A stretch of 64,000 nt of DNA, from NCBI RefSeq assembly GCF_003334385.1, contig NZ_QOWN01000003.1, one strand, 5' to 3'. Of the stretch, positions 9,168-26,294 are shown piece after piece. Each line of letters begins with the position of its first letter. Position 1 is the first letter of the stretch. This DNA is from Escherichia coli. Lineage in GTDB: Bacteria; Pseudomonadota; Gammaproteobacteria; Enterobacterales; Enterobacteriaceae. The position numbers and the translations under genes were made by a program. The notes beneath the pieces are model-generated. The model did no database searches. It worked only from the letters and a program-made list of their open reading frames with translations, and was not told where the DNA came from.

Positions 9168-10702
9168 TAGCGGAGTCCTTGTCTGACATAACCTACCCAT
9201 TTTGCGACTAACGCGGTCAGGGCAAAAATAATAAGCGGTAATAGCAGTTGCCATAAAGCCTGGGCGGCGAGAATACCGTTGCTGCCGCCGCTGCTTAATG
9301 CCACCGCCTCAGTGGTGAGCGTCGGAAAACGCCCCGCGCCCAGCCACAGCGTTGGCATATACTGCGCAATACCGACTGCAAATCCCACCGCGAAGGCAAT
9401 CAGCACAGGGCGCAACATGAGTGGGCATTTCACGTAAAAGAAGATTTTGGCCCGCGACCAGCCCAGTGTTTGCGCAATCAAAATTAACCGTGAATCAATG
9501 CGCTGCCAGGCGGGTTGCAGGATAAACAGCATCCACGGCATCACCCACAGCAGATGCCCCCAGACCACCGCCGTCCAGCTTCCATCCAGTTTCAGCCATA
9601 GCGCCAGCGTGTACTGGCCCGCCACCAGTGGCAGAGCAGGTAATAAAATGGGCAACCATAGCCACAACTGGCGACGCTGTGGCCCCCATTCCAGCCACAG
9701 CAGTAACAGGAGCAAAGCGATGAATGTCGCCACCAGCCCCATTGTCAGGCTGTTGATGAGCGCTTCACTATTGATCGTCGACTGATCCGCGAGGATCGCC
9801 AGCAGAACCACACACAGCACACCGGTTAAGGGTAAAAAAATCGCCAGCGTATTGCCCGGCAATAAAGGCGTGGCAGGCTTGCGAACGCCATCTACGCGGG
9901 GAATAGTGCGCCGCCAGCTGCGCCATAGCAGATAGCTCAGCAAAACGTAGGCGGCGAGTAACAGCATCAACAGCAGGCTGGCAAGCGCGCCTTTTGTTTG
10001 TTGGTCAATGTCGCCCTGGGTTAACCACTGCCAGCTAATTACCGCCAGCGTCGGGGGATTACCTGGCCCGAGAATAATTGCCACATCCACGACCGACAGC
10101 GACCAGGCAACAATCGCCAGCATCGCCATTGCCAGCGCAGGCGCGACGGAGGGCAACAGCAGCCAGTTCAGGCATTGCCAGCGGCTGTAGCCCAGCGAAT
10201 CCAGCACAATGACCTGCTGCAACAGCCATTTTTCGCTCAATACTGCTGCTAAGATCCACAGCAGAAATGCGCTTTCTTTCACTGCAAGGGTGAGGCCCAG
10301 ACCGATGCCAAATCGGTCCATTGGCGGAGTGAAATACGGGAAATAGTCATAAAGCAGCCCTCCGTCAGCAAAGAGCAGAAGGGCGCTGGTGGCAAAAGCC
10401 ACATGGGGAATGGCGAGCAGCCACGGCAGACGGGCGCACATACGCTGCCATTTCGGCCCAGGCCACAGCGCCACAATCACCAGCAGGGCAATCAACAATG
10501 CCCCGACCGCCGCGATGGTTGTCGACACCAGCGTTGCCAGTAATGCCTGCGGTAACTGTGGATCGGCAAATAACGCCTGCCAGTGTGTCAACGACAAAGC
10601 AGGCGATATCAGCGTGAGAGCTGCCGGGATCAGCGGTGCATAAATCACCGCCACCATCGCCCACAGCAAAAAGATTAATGCGTACCGTAACGGTGTAGCC
10701 AT
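9167..10702 (-). CDS. ynjC: ABC transporter permease (two fused transmembrane domains)
   Basis: ORF 9167..10726; very hydrophobic ~511-519 aa protein; start codon uncertain (10726 or 10702); overlaps the 3' end of ynjB. Confidence 0.88.
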   Translation of the reverse strand: MATPLRYALIFLLWAMVAVIYAPLIPAALTLISPALSLTHWQALFADPQLPQALLATLVSTTIAAVGALLIALLVIVALWPGPKWQRMCARLPWLLAIPHVAFATSALLLFADGGLLYDYFPYFTPPMDRFGIGLGLTLAVKESAFLLWILAAVLSEKWLLQQVIVLDSLGYSRWQCLNWLLLPSVAPALAMAMLAIVAWSLSVVDVAIILGPGNPPTLAVISWQWLTQGDIDQQTKGALASLLLMLLLAAYVLLSYLLWRSWRRTIPRVDGVRKPATPLLPGNTLAIFLPLTGVLCVVLLAILADQSTINSEALINSLTMGLVATFIALLLLLLWLEWGPQRRQLWLWLPILLPALPLVAGQYTLALWLKLDGSWTAVVWGHLLWVMPWMLFILQPAWQRIDSRLILIAQTLGWSRAKIFFYVKCPLMLRPVLIAFAVGFAVGIAQYMPTLWLGAGRFPTLTTEAVALSSGGSNGILAAQALWQLLLPLIIFALTALVAKWVGYVRQGLR

Positions 10703-11844
10703 TCTTGTTCCAGCGCATTTACCCAACCTGCGTGCGGTTCAGCCAGTACCGGCGGCAGATCCTGCGGCATTCTTGATTGCAATGATTCGCGCTGCCCGTC
10801 AGGCAGTTTTTGCGGATCGAGAACAGAAGGATCGCCCCAGACAGCGGGATCTGCTTTACGCAGTTGCGCATCGGGTGAGAGCAGGAAATTGGCAACTACC
10901 TTCGCCGCAGCACTGGCATTCGCGTTGGCAGGAATGGTGACGAAATGCACGTTGCCAATCATCCCCTCGCGAAAGCCAAAACTGTAACTGCTTGCAGGCA
11001 AATCGCCGCTGGCGATTTTTTGCTGCGCATGCGCGGGGTTAAAGGTCAGCGACAGGCGCAATGTGCCGGCTTTCAGCAGAGCATCCATCCGCGCGGGTGA
11101 AGGCGGGAAATCCTTTCCTTCGCGCCACAAATACGGATGCAGCACATCAAGATATTGCCACAAGGGAGCAGTGACACGGGCGAAAGTCGCATCGTCCGGC
11201 GCTTCTTTTAATGCGGCGGGATCGGGCGTCAGCATAATCAGCAACTGTTCAAGAAACGCCGTGCCGGTAAAGTCCGGTGGGCGCGGATAGGTAACCGTGC
11301 CGGGATTGGCTTTAGCAAACTCCAGTAAGGCTTGCGGCGTTTGTGGTGGCTGTGGCGTAACATCGCGGCGGGCGATAAACGTCAGTTGTGCGCCGCCCCA
11401 GGGCGATTCCGCACCTTGTGTCGGCACAGAAAAATCTTCCCGCACCGGCAGCTGTGTGTCGACATAGCGCCAGTTGGGCAGAGTCTCCGCCCAGCCCGTT
11501 TGTAATAAATTGGCCTCTTTTAAGGTGCGGAAGTTTTCGCCGTTCACCCAGAGCAGATCCACCGAGCCGCCCGTTTTACGTCCGGCTGCGGCTTCGGTCT
11601 GAATGCGCTTCACCGCGTCTGCGGCATCCGCCAGACGGACAATCTTCAGGTTTATAGCGTAATGGGTTTTCATCTCGCCGCTCACCCAGTCGAGATAGCG
11701 GTTAATTGCGGTATCGCCGCCCCAGGCGTTAAACCAGACGGTTTGCCCTTTGGCCTCATTTTTAATTTCTTGCCAGTCACTGGCATGTGTTGCCAGAGAA
11801 AACAGCGATAACAATCCCAGCAACCACCCACAATGGCGCATCAT
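10675..11844 (-). CDS. ynjB: ABC transporter periplasmic substrate-binding protein (thiamine/iron-type SBP fold)
   Basis: 389-aa ORF with N-terminal signal peptide MMRHCGWLLGLLSLFSLATHA; start may be the second Met. Confidence 0.88.
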   Translation of the reverse strand: MMRHCGWLLGLLSLFSLATHASDWQEIKNEAKGQTVWFNAWGGDTAINRYLDWVSGEMKTHYAINLKIVRLADAADAVKRIQTEAAAGRKTGGSVDLLWVNGENFRTLKEANLLQTGWAETLPNWRYVDTQLPVREDFSVPTQGAESPWGGAQLTFIARRDVTPQPPQTPQALLEFAKANPGTVTYPRPPDFTGTAFLEQLLIMLTPDPAALKEAPDDATFARVTAPLWQYLDVLHPYLWREGKDFPPSPARMDALLKAGTLRLSLTFNPAHAQQKIASGDLPASSYSFGFREGMIGNVHFVTIPANANASAAAKVVANFLLSPDAQLRKADPAVWGDPSVLDPQKLPDGQRESLQSRMPQDLPPVLAEPHAGWVNALEQEWLHRYGTH

Positions 11845-11850
11845 CTCTCC

Positions 11851-12399
11851 TTAAGAACGTTTTTCAGGAATACGGCACAGCCCCTGAGCGGGAATGTCCA
11901 TGGCAGAATTAAAACGGGCTGACAGATTTTGCAGGCCGATCAATGCCGTCAGTTCGGTGAGCGCCTGAGCGTCAAAATGCGCAGCCAGTCGGGTACGCAG
12001 GGCATCATCGACCGTTGGCGGCGTTACGCTTGCGGCTTCGGCGTACTCCAGCGCCAGCCGTTCTTCATCGCTAAAGAGCGGGCTTTGCCGCCAGTCAGCC
12101 ACTGCCAGCAGTTTATCGCTGCTGCCGGTGCGCTCGGCGACTTTCATACTGGTGATATCCACACAAAACTCACACAGGCACATTTGCGCAATGCGCGCGC
12201 TGACAAGCGATCGTACTACCGGATCGAGCGGTGAGCGTTTGCGCTCCAGCCAGCCAACAAACATCGACACCAGATAAAAGATAAACGGGATCCGCCCCCA
12301 CCAGCGAATGGGGCTTAGCACCTCGCCGTAATGGCGACGATGCAGCCACGCCTGTGGACGTAAAATTAAAGGAATTTTGCTAAGCGGCGGTAAACCCAT
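11851..12399 (-). CDS. ynjA: AhpD/carboxymuconolactone-decarboxylase-like protein
   Basis: 182-aa ORF, family assignment from translation (…ARIAQMCLCEFCVDITSMK…); 7-bp gap to ynjB. Confidence 0.85.
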   Translation of the reverse strand: MGLPPLSKIPLILRPQAWLHRRHYGEVLSPIRWWGRIPFIFYLVSMFVGWLERKRSPLDPVVRSLVSARIAQMCLCEFCVDITSMKVAERTGSSDKLLAVADWRQSPLFSDEERLALEYAEAASVTPPTVDDALRTRLAAHFDAQALTELTALIGLQNLSARFNSAMDIPAQGLCRIPEKRS

Positions 12400-13106
12400 C
12401 AGGCATTCCTCTTCTGGCGTTCAAGCCATATTTTCTTCGCCATAAAAATCACCACGGTCAGGGCAAACAGAATAAACAGTCCGGTGACAAACCAGAAAGT
12501 ACCGCCTGTTAACATGCTGCCCGCCCAGGAATAAACAATAGTTGCCGGTAACTGACCAAGCCCGGTGGCGATAAAAAACGAGCGAAAACGTATTGAAGTC
12601 AAACCGGCAGCATAGCTGATTGGATCGAAAGGGACAAAAGGCAATAACCGACAGACCAGAATGGTGTGTTTGCCGTAGCGAGTGAAAAAGCCGTCCATAC
12701 TGTCAAGCACGGTTTTGCCGGTTAATTTTTCCACCACTTCGCGGCCCATCACTCTGGCGATAAAAAAGCACAGCGCCGCGCCGGCCATCGAACTGGTCCA
12801 CGACAGCAAGCCGCCCCAGAACGCGCCAAACAGCGACGCATTGGCAAAGGTGATCAAAAACGCAGGTAGCGGTGCAGCAATGGCCTGCAAAATCATCAAC
12901 AAGAACGAGACAACTGCCGCCAGTGCGCCGTAAGACTGAATAAAGCGTTCTATACCCTGTTGGTCCACGGCGGCAAACGCCGCAACGCTGCGATTGATAA
13001 ACTCATGGACGCCGGGAAGCAGCGCCCATGCCAGCAGCATAGCGAACAACAGGATGATGAGGGTTATACGGTAGTACCAGATTTTTCGCGATTGCATCAT
13101 CATCAT
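12399..13106 (-). CDS. ydjZ: DedA/TVP38 family inner-membrane protein
   Basis: 235-aa hydrophobic ORF with DedA-type sequence; its stop overlaps the ynjA start. Confidence 0.88.
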   Translation of the reverse strand: MMMMQSRKIWYYRITLIILLFAMLLAWALLPGVHEFINRSVAAFAAVDQQGIERFIQSYGALAAVVSFLLMILQAIAAPLPAFLITFANASLFGAFWGGLLSWTSSMAGAALCFFIARVMGREVVEKLTGKTVLDSMDGFFTRYGKHTILVCRLLPFVPFDPISYAAGLTSIRFRSFFIATGLGQLPATIVYSWAGSMLTGGTFWFVTGLFILFALTVVIFMAKKIWLERQKRNA

Positions 13107-13120
13107 CCTTTATCCTGGCT

Positions 13121-13798
13121 TTATTCGGCGATTTTAAAGGTAACCGTTGCCAGCGTGTTATCCGCCGGGAGAACTGAGGCATTGCCTTTGAATTTAACTT
13201 CACCACGTTTTTCAACCGCACCATAAGTGTATGTTGCATTGCTGACGATGCCGACCGGGCAGCTATCCAGACACACCAGGCAACCCGTTTTCTTCTCTTC
13301 TGCTGCCGTTAAATTACCGCCAAAGCGCATGTCCAGTTTCTTGCCATTACTGTCAACAATCACTTCATCGAAGGAATACGCTTTTGCCGCCCCTTGCCAG
13401 TTGACCGAAATATCCAGTTTGCTGCCTGTGACATGAGTCGTTTCTTTATTATCCATCGTCATGTTTTCGCCCGGCGTACCACCTGCCTCTTTCAGGGCTT
13501 CATAAAATGCTTTCGGGGTCGCATAACCCATAAACAGCGATTTATGTCCGTTGGAGCCATCTTTAAACACAATACCGTGACGAGTGTCGTCGGTGAGGAA
13601 ACGACCATTAATTTGCACCAGCATGGTTACCGTATGGTTATTGGCATCGACACGCAGCGGTTGGCTGTTCGAAAGTCCGTCGTATTCCACTTTTGCCGCC
13701 GCATTCTCTTGTTGATCGCAGCCGCTAAGCCCAGCAACAGCCAGTAAACAGAGTGCAGCCAGTCCTTTTTTCCATGACACTGAATAATGTTGCAACAT
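13121..13798 (-). CDS. ydjY: Lipoprotein of unknown function (Cys-containing, ferredoxin-like motif remnant)
   Basis: ORF 13121..13960; probable start MLQHYSVSWKKGLAALCLLAVAGLSGC (lipobox LSGC); C-terminal CLVCLDSCP motif. Confidence 0.8.
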   Translation of the reverse strand: MLQHYSVSWKKGLAALCLLAVAGLSGCDQQENAAAKVEYDGLSNSQPLRVDANNHTVTMLVQINGRFLTDDTRHGIVFKDGSNGHKSLFMGYATPKAFYEALKEAGGTPGENMTMDNKETTHVTGSKLDISVNWQGAAKAYSFDEVIVDSNGKKLDMRFGGNLTAAEEKKTGCLVCLDSCPVGIVSNATYTYGAVEKRGEVKFKGNASVLPADNTLATVTFKIAE

Positions 13799-13802
13799 CG
13801 TT

Positions 13803-14513
13803 CTATCCTTCATTTTTTGGGTGAGTAAGTGGGCTGCGGCGCGAAGCAGACAGATCCACATGTTTGTGTCGGGCGTAGAGTTTTGCGAGCTGGACGAGAA
13901 TAAACAGCGCCAGGCCCGCCAGACAGAGTTGTAAAATAAAGCGCAGCGTAATGCCTTCATTGGCGAGATCGCTTGCCATCACGGTATAAATAACAATACC
14001 GGGTAGGGTCGTGAGTGCCGAAATAAGGGTATAAGGCCAGAAGGCGATTGTGGTTAATCCGTAAGCGTAATTTTGAATATTGTAAGGAAACAACGGGATT
14101 AAGCGGGTCAGAATAAGAAAATCAATACCGTTACGCGCAATGCCTTTTTCAATGGCCTGGAAGGTATTGCTATGGCCAACGTATTTCAGCAGTAAATCAC
14201 GTCCCAGCCAGCGCGCCAGCAGGAATGAGCACGAGGAGGCCAGCGTGGCGGCAATTAATGAGAGTAGTGTCCCTAAGAGCGGGCCAAAAACTATTCCTCC
14301 CGCGATCACCAGTATGCTTCCTGGTAACAGCAAGAGGGTGGCAATGATGAATAACAGAATATAGAGGCTATAGCCGAAAAATCCGCTCTGGCGGATGAGT
14401 GTCTGTAAGTGGGGTAAATCGGTGAGCAGATCGAATAAACCGAAAGCGTGGATAGCGTAAATGACCAGCGCAAAAATAAGACAGGCAAAAAGAAATTTAC
14501 GCTCAGCGTTCAT
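13803..14513 (-). CDS. ydjX: DedA/TVP38 family inner-membrane protein
   Basis: ORF 13803..14561; probable start MNAERKFLFACLIFALV…; second DedA paralogue and first gene of the cluster. Confidence 0.85.
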   Translation of the reverse strand: MNAERKFLFACLIFALVIYAIHAFGLFDLLTDLPHLQTLIRQSGFFGYSLYILLFIIATLLLLPGSILVIAGGIVFGPLLGTLLSLIAATLASSCSFLLARWLGRDLLLKYVGHSNTFQAIEKGIARNGIDFLILTRLIPLFPYNIQNYAYGLTTIAFWPYTLISALTTLPGIVIYTVMASDLANEGITLRFILQLCLAGLALFILVQLAKLYARHKHVDLSASRRSPLTHPKNEG

Positions 14514-14679
14514 CGTGGAGTTTCCTATATCAAACTTGATAATAGAGAAGTGGTCAGACAACTAAAAACGCAGAGACGGTATAACAAAGGACGGCAGGCA
14601 ACAAATCATTACTGACAGTTTGTTGATTTTTCTCAAGGTTAATTCTCCTGACCCAGTTTGAGCCAGGAGAGCTGCTAAA

Positions 14680-15486
14680 TTAGCGGCGGAAGGTCGCCCA
14701 GACGGGGGCGTGATCGGACGGTTTTTCCATGCTGCGGATTTCATAGTCGATGCCGGTTTCTACGCAACATTCTGCCAGCGGTTGGCTGGCGAGCAGCAGG
14801 TCGATGCGCAGACCACGGTTATCGTCAAAACCTTTTGAGCGGTAATCAAACCATGAGAAACGATCTGCTGTTTGCGGATTCGCATGGCGGAAGGTATCGA
14901 CCAACCCCCAGCTCATCAGCCTGTCCATCCATTCGCGCTCTTCCGGCAGGAAAGAGCATTTACCGGTACGCAGCCAGCGCTTACGGTTTTCTTCGCCAAT
15001 GCCGATATCCAGATCTGTAGGGCTGATATTCATATCGCCCATAATCAGTACCGGATTATCACGTTTGAGTTCGGTTTCCAGGTAGTTTTGCAGATTCTGA
15101 TAAAACTGCGCTTTTGCCGGGAATTTTATCGGATGGTCGCGGCTTTCACCCTGCGGGAAGTAACCGTTGATCACGGTGACATTACCCAGCAGTGAGGGGA
15201 TTTCCGCCATAATAATCCGCCGCTGCGCCTCTTCGTCGTCACCGGGAAAGCCGCGACGCACGGCAATCGGCGTCTCTTTGGTCAGCAGCGCCACGCCATA
15301 ATGGCCTTTCTGCCCGTGATAAAACACGTTGTAGCCGAGCTTCGCCACCTCTTCGAGCGGAAACATATCGTCATGAACTTTTGTCTCCTGCAGGCCAATC
15401 ACATCCGGTTGGTGCTTTTCGACGATGGCTTCAAGCTGGTGAGGTCTGGCGCGCAGGCCGTTGATATTAAAAGAGACAAATTTCAT
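14680..15486 (-). CDS. xthA: Exodeoxyribonuclease III (AP endonuclease VI)
   Basis: ORF 14680..15498; [36 protein letters not shown]… matches the ExoIII/APE1 family. Confidence 0.96.
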
Positions 15487-15714
15487 AGTCGCTGCCATTT
15501 ATTCAGATAAAGAGTGCGTGGATGGTAGCAGAATTTCGCGTTGCTTACCGCCTGTTGTTAAGTGATTTGATCGATGGTTGTTAATGATGTCAACGATGGC
15601 GCAAAAAATGCCCGCTTTTGGTGCGCGCTGCGTCAGAATGGCGCAGTAATTTCCAGTAAATTTCGTCAATGATCACAATTCCAGAATTATATTTTACTTC
15701 TGCATAACATTGCG

Positions 15715-15800
15715 TTTTTTATTCTTTTTATTCACCCACATCGCAAACGTATTCACTTTATATGCACTTTAAATGCATATGGTTTGGTTATAACTCCTTG
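15715..15800 (+). promoter_or_regulatory. AT-rich upstream activator region of astC with ARG-box-like palindromes (ArgR/NtrC region)
   Basis: tttattctttttattcac and tgcactttaaatgcatat resemble ARG-box half-sites; the ast operon is known to be ArgR/NtrC/sigma54/sigmaS controlled. Exact site boundaries not verified. Confidence 0.4.
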
Positions 15801-15844
15801 ATTTCCAGTTAGCCTCCGCCGTTTATGCACTTTTATCACTGGCT

Positions 15845-15860
15845 GGCACGAACCCTGCAA
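15845..15860 (+). promoter_or_regulatory. sigma54 (-24/-12) promoter of the ast operon
   Basis: TGGCACgaaccCTGCA matches TGGCAC-N5-TTGCA, ~70 nt upstream of the astC ATG. Confidence 0.8.
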
Positions 15861-15895
15861 TCTACATTTACAGCGCAAACATTACTTATTATTAA

Positions 15896-21959
<6,064 letters not shown>

Positions 21960-21963
21960 TACT

Positions 21964-21990
21964 TACCCGCAGAAATCATTCTGCGGGTAT
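21964..21990 (+). terminator. Hairpin immediately after astE (possible operon terminator)
   Basis: acccgcagaaatcattctgcgggt inverted repeat; weak T-tract. Confidence 0.5.
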
Positions 21991-22204
21991 TAAGTTGCTT
22001 TCTTATAAATTAATACAGATTAATCCTGGTTATTTGCTTTATTTATCACCAGTCATCCGGTATAGTTCTTCATAATCTCTGCAAAATCATCGTGTTGTAA
22101 TATTCTCTCATCACTCTCCATCAAATTTTCTTTTTTTCTCCATAATTGGCGCAAAAGTGTTTTTTACACTTTCATTGTTTTACCGTTGCTCTGATTAATT
22201 GACG

Positions 22205-22219
22205 CTAAAGTCAGTAAAG
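22205..22219 (+). promoter_or_regulatory. Candidate CpxR-type direct repeat upstream of spy
   Basis: cTAAAGtcagTAAAG resembles the GTAAA-N5-GTAAA CpxR consensus ~70 bp upstream of spy; spy is known to be Cpx/Bae regulated. Confidence 0.4.
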
Positions 22220-22288
22220 TTAATCTCGTCAACACGGCACGCTACTTAAGAAAGCCGTAATAAATAACTGAAAGGAAGGATATAGAAT

Positions 22289-22774
22289 ATGCGTAAATTA
22301 ACTGCACTGTTTGTTGCCTCTACCCTGGCTCTTGGCGCGGCTAACCTGGCCCATGCCGCAGACACCACTACCGCAGCACCGGCTGACGCGAAGCCGATGA
22401 TGCACCACAAAGGCAAGTTCGGTCCGCATCAGGACATGATGTTCAAAGACCTGAACCTGACCGACGCGCAGAAACAGCAGATCCGCGAAATCATGAAAGG
22501 CCAGCGTGACCAGATGAAACGTCCGCCGCTGGAAGAACGCCGCGCAATGCATGACATCATTGCCAGCGATACCTTCGATAAAGTAAAAGCTGAAGCGCAG
22601 ATCGCAAAAATGGAAGAACAGCGCAAAGCTAACATGCTGGCGCACATGGAAACCCAGAACAAAATTTACAACATCCTGACGCCGGAACAGAAAAAGCAAT
22701 TTAATGCTAATTTTGAGAAGCGTCTGACAGAACGTCCAGCGGCAAAAGGTAAAATGCCTGCAACTGCTGAATAA
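22289..22774 (+). CDS. spy: Periplasmic ATP-independent chaperone Spy
   Basis: 161-aa ORF with signal peptide; CpxP/Spy family. Confidence 0.96.
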   Translation: MRKLTALFVASTLALGAANLAHAADTTTAAPADAKPMMHHKGKFGPHQDMMFKDLNLTDAQKQQIREIMKGQRDQMKRPPLEERRAMHDIIASDTFDKVKAEAQIAKMEEQRKANMLAHMETQNKIYNILTPEQKKQFNANFEKRLTERPAAKGKMPATAE

Positions 22775-22794
22775 TCTTTCAGCCAAAAAACTTA

Positions 22795-22858
22795 AGACCG
22801 CCGGTCTTGTCCACTACCTTGCAGTAATGCGGTGGACAGGATCGGCGGTTTTCTTTTC
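22795..22858 (+). terminator. Rho-independent terminator after spy
   Basis: gaccgccggtcttgtccac…gtggacaggatcggcgg followed by ttttcttttc. Confidence 0.7.
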
Positions 22859-22898
22859 TCTTCTCAAACAGTTGTAAAAAAAGCCTGATCACCACTAA

Positions 22899-24399
<1,501 letters not shown>

Positions 24400-24489
24400 T
24401 GTTGACTCCGAATGCTGGTTATCTATCCAGTGTAACAGGCGGGAAGCGATTAAAAAAGAGGCGGGTCGATGACAAAGGTTACACCGTCT

Positions 24490-24585
24490 GACGTGCTACG
24501 CCTGTCAGGCCTATTCGACTCCTGCAATGTATTGAATTTGCATAGTTTTATAGGTCGAATAAGGCGTTCACGCCGCATCCGGCGT
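24490..24585. repeat. REP/BIME-type palindromic repeat between nadE and cho
   Basis: ctacgcctgtcaggcc … tgcaatgtattgaatttgca … ggcgttcacgccgcatccggcg: two REP-like palindromes flanking an AT-rich core. Confidence 0.75.
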
Positions 24586-24628
24586 GAACAAATTACTCTT
24601 TTTCGCACAATCCAATATGTGCAAATTA

Positions 24629-25456
24629 TTACTTTTTCCAGAAATCATCGAAAACGGTAATTGGCGGACGGCGTTTATGTTCGGTTTTCAGATACCAGTT
24701 CTCTATTGTTCTGGCGACCTGTTGAGGTACGTTTTTCCCTTCCAGATAGTCGTCGATATTGTCATAGGTCACGCCGAGTGCCACTTCATCTGGCAGAGAA
24801 GGGCGATCATCTTCCAGATCGGCCGTTGGCGCTTTCTTATAAAGGTGTTCCGGGCAAGCTAATGCCGCCAGTAACTGTTTACCCTGACGTTTGTTGAGAC
24901 GATACAGCGGATTAATGTCCGTACCGCCGTCACCATATTTAGTGAAGAATCCGGTAATGGCTTCTGCTGCATGATCGGTGCCCACCACGACACCGCTGGT
25001 CATACCCGCAATGCTATATTGTGCTTTCATCCGCTCACGCGCTTTTTCATTGCCACGGACAAAATCGCTCAGTTCAATGCCTGCTTCCCGCAATGCCTGT
25101 TCGCTGGCCAATACCGCGCCCTTGATATTAACGGTTAATACGCGATCCGGTTGAATAAAGGCAATGGCATCCTGGCAATCTTGTTCGTCGGCCTGAACAC
25201 CATAGGGCAGGCGTACGGCAATAAATTGCAGTGATTCGTTGCCGGTTTCCAGGCGCAGCTCATTAATCGCCATCTGGCACAGCTTTCCGGCAAGCGTGGA
25301 GTCCTGACCGCCGCTGATCCCGAGCACCAGTGATTTAATGAACGGATAAGTTTGCAGGTAGCTTTTCAGAAAATCGACACTACGACGAATTTCCTCTTCA
25401 GCATTAATCTGCGGTTTTGCGCCCAGCGCCTTTATTATTTGTTGTTGCAATGTCAT
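24629..25456 (-). CDS. nadE: NH3-dependent NAD+ synthetase
   Basis: 275-aa ORF with the PP-loop ATP pyrophosphatase motif SGGQDS. Confidence 0.97.
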
Positions 25457-25657
25457 TGAACCCCTCCAGACAGAAAAGACAAAACTTCCTTAAAGCTAAC
25501 CCGTTGCTACTGAAACGACAAGCGACAGCGGGCTGAATGGTGGTTAAAACGTCATACAGGAATCCTCTGAAAGCGGAGCCGTTTCGTTCACGGGCTTGAA
25601 AAAGCGCCCAATGTATTCCAGGCTTATCTAACACGCTGATAAACAAGAGGACGGAAT

Positions 25658-25996
25658 ATGAACAAGAATATGGCAGGAATTCTGAGTGCAGCGGCGGTAT
25701 TAACCATGCTGGCGGGTTGTACGGCTTATGATCGTACCAAAGACCAGTTTGTACAGCCTGTGGTGAAAGACGTCAAAAAAGGCATGAGCCGGGCGCAGGT
25801 TGCACAAATTGCGGGTAAACCTTCGTCTGAAGTGAGCATGATCCATGCTCGCGGTACTTGCCAGACCTACATCCTGGGTCAACGTGATGGTAAAGCAGAA
25901 ACCTACTTTGTCGCGTTAGATGATACCGGACATGTCATCAACTCCGGTTATCAGACCTGTGCTGAATACGACACTGATCCACAGGCTGCGAAGTAA
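25658..25996 (+). CDS. osmE: Osmotically inducible lipoprotein E
   Basis: 112-aa ORF with lipoprotein signal (LAGC). Confidence 0.95.
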
Positions 25997-26027
25997 TCAA
26001 TTCGTCTGAAAGCTTGAGTAACAACGG

Positions 26028-26054
26028 AAACCGGCCATTGCGCCGGTTTTTTTT
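26028..26054 (+). terminator. Rho-independent terminator after osmE
   Basis: aaaccggccattgcgccggtttttttt: GC stem plus T8. Confidence 0.85.
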
Positions 26055-26096
26055 GGCCTGAGTTCTTAATTATCTTCGCGAATTATTTGCCCGAAA

Positions 26097-26112
26097 TGTG
26101 AAGAGGGTCATA
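26097..26112 (+). promoter_or_regulatory. Candidate CRP site in the chb promoter region
   Basis: TGTGAagagggTCATA resembles TGTGA-N6-TCACA ~180 bp upstream of chbB; the chb promoter is known to be CRP/NagC/ChbR controlled. Confidence 0.35.
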
Positions 26113-26294
26113 ACCACAGGTCAAGGAGAAACAATTTATAAGGTCAAAGAAATACTATTGCTCAGGTCTATACCGTATACTCCTTTCAGCCACAAAAAAA
26201 GTCATGTTGGTTTCGCAAGTTACCCAGAGCATGGAAGCAGGTTAAGGCTTGCGGAGTGTCTGGCTGACAGATAATCGTCGATGAGGGCAGTTTT

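Noticed and set aside
14562-14679. Possible terminator or small RNA between xthA and ydjX
   Set aside because: Only a weak inverted repeat (ctcctgacccagtttgagccaggag) without a T-tract; insufficient evidence for a discrete element.
22298-22786. 162-aa minus-strand ORF mirroring spy
   Set aside because: Antisense shadow of spy with a low-complexity translation; spy is the genuine gene.
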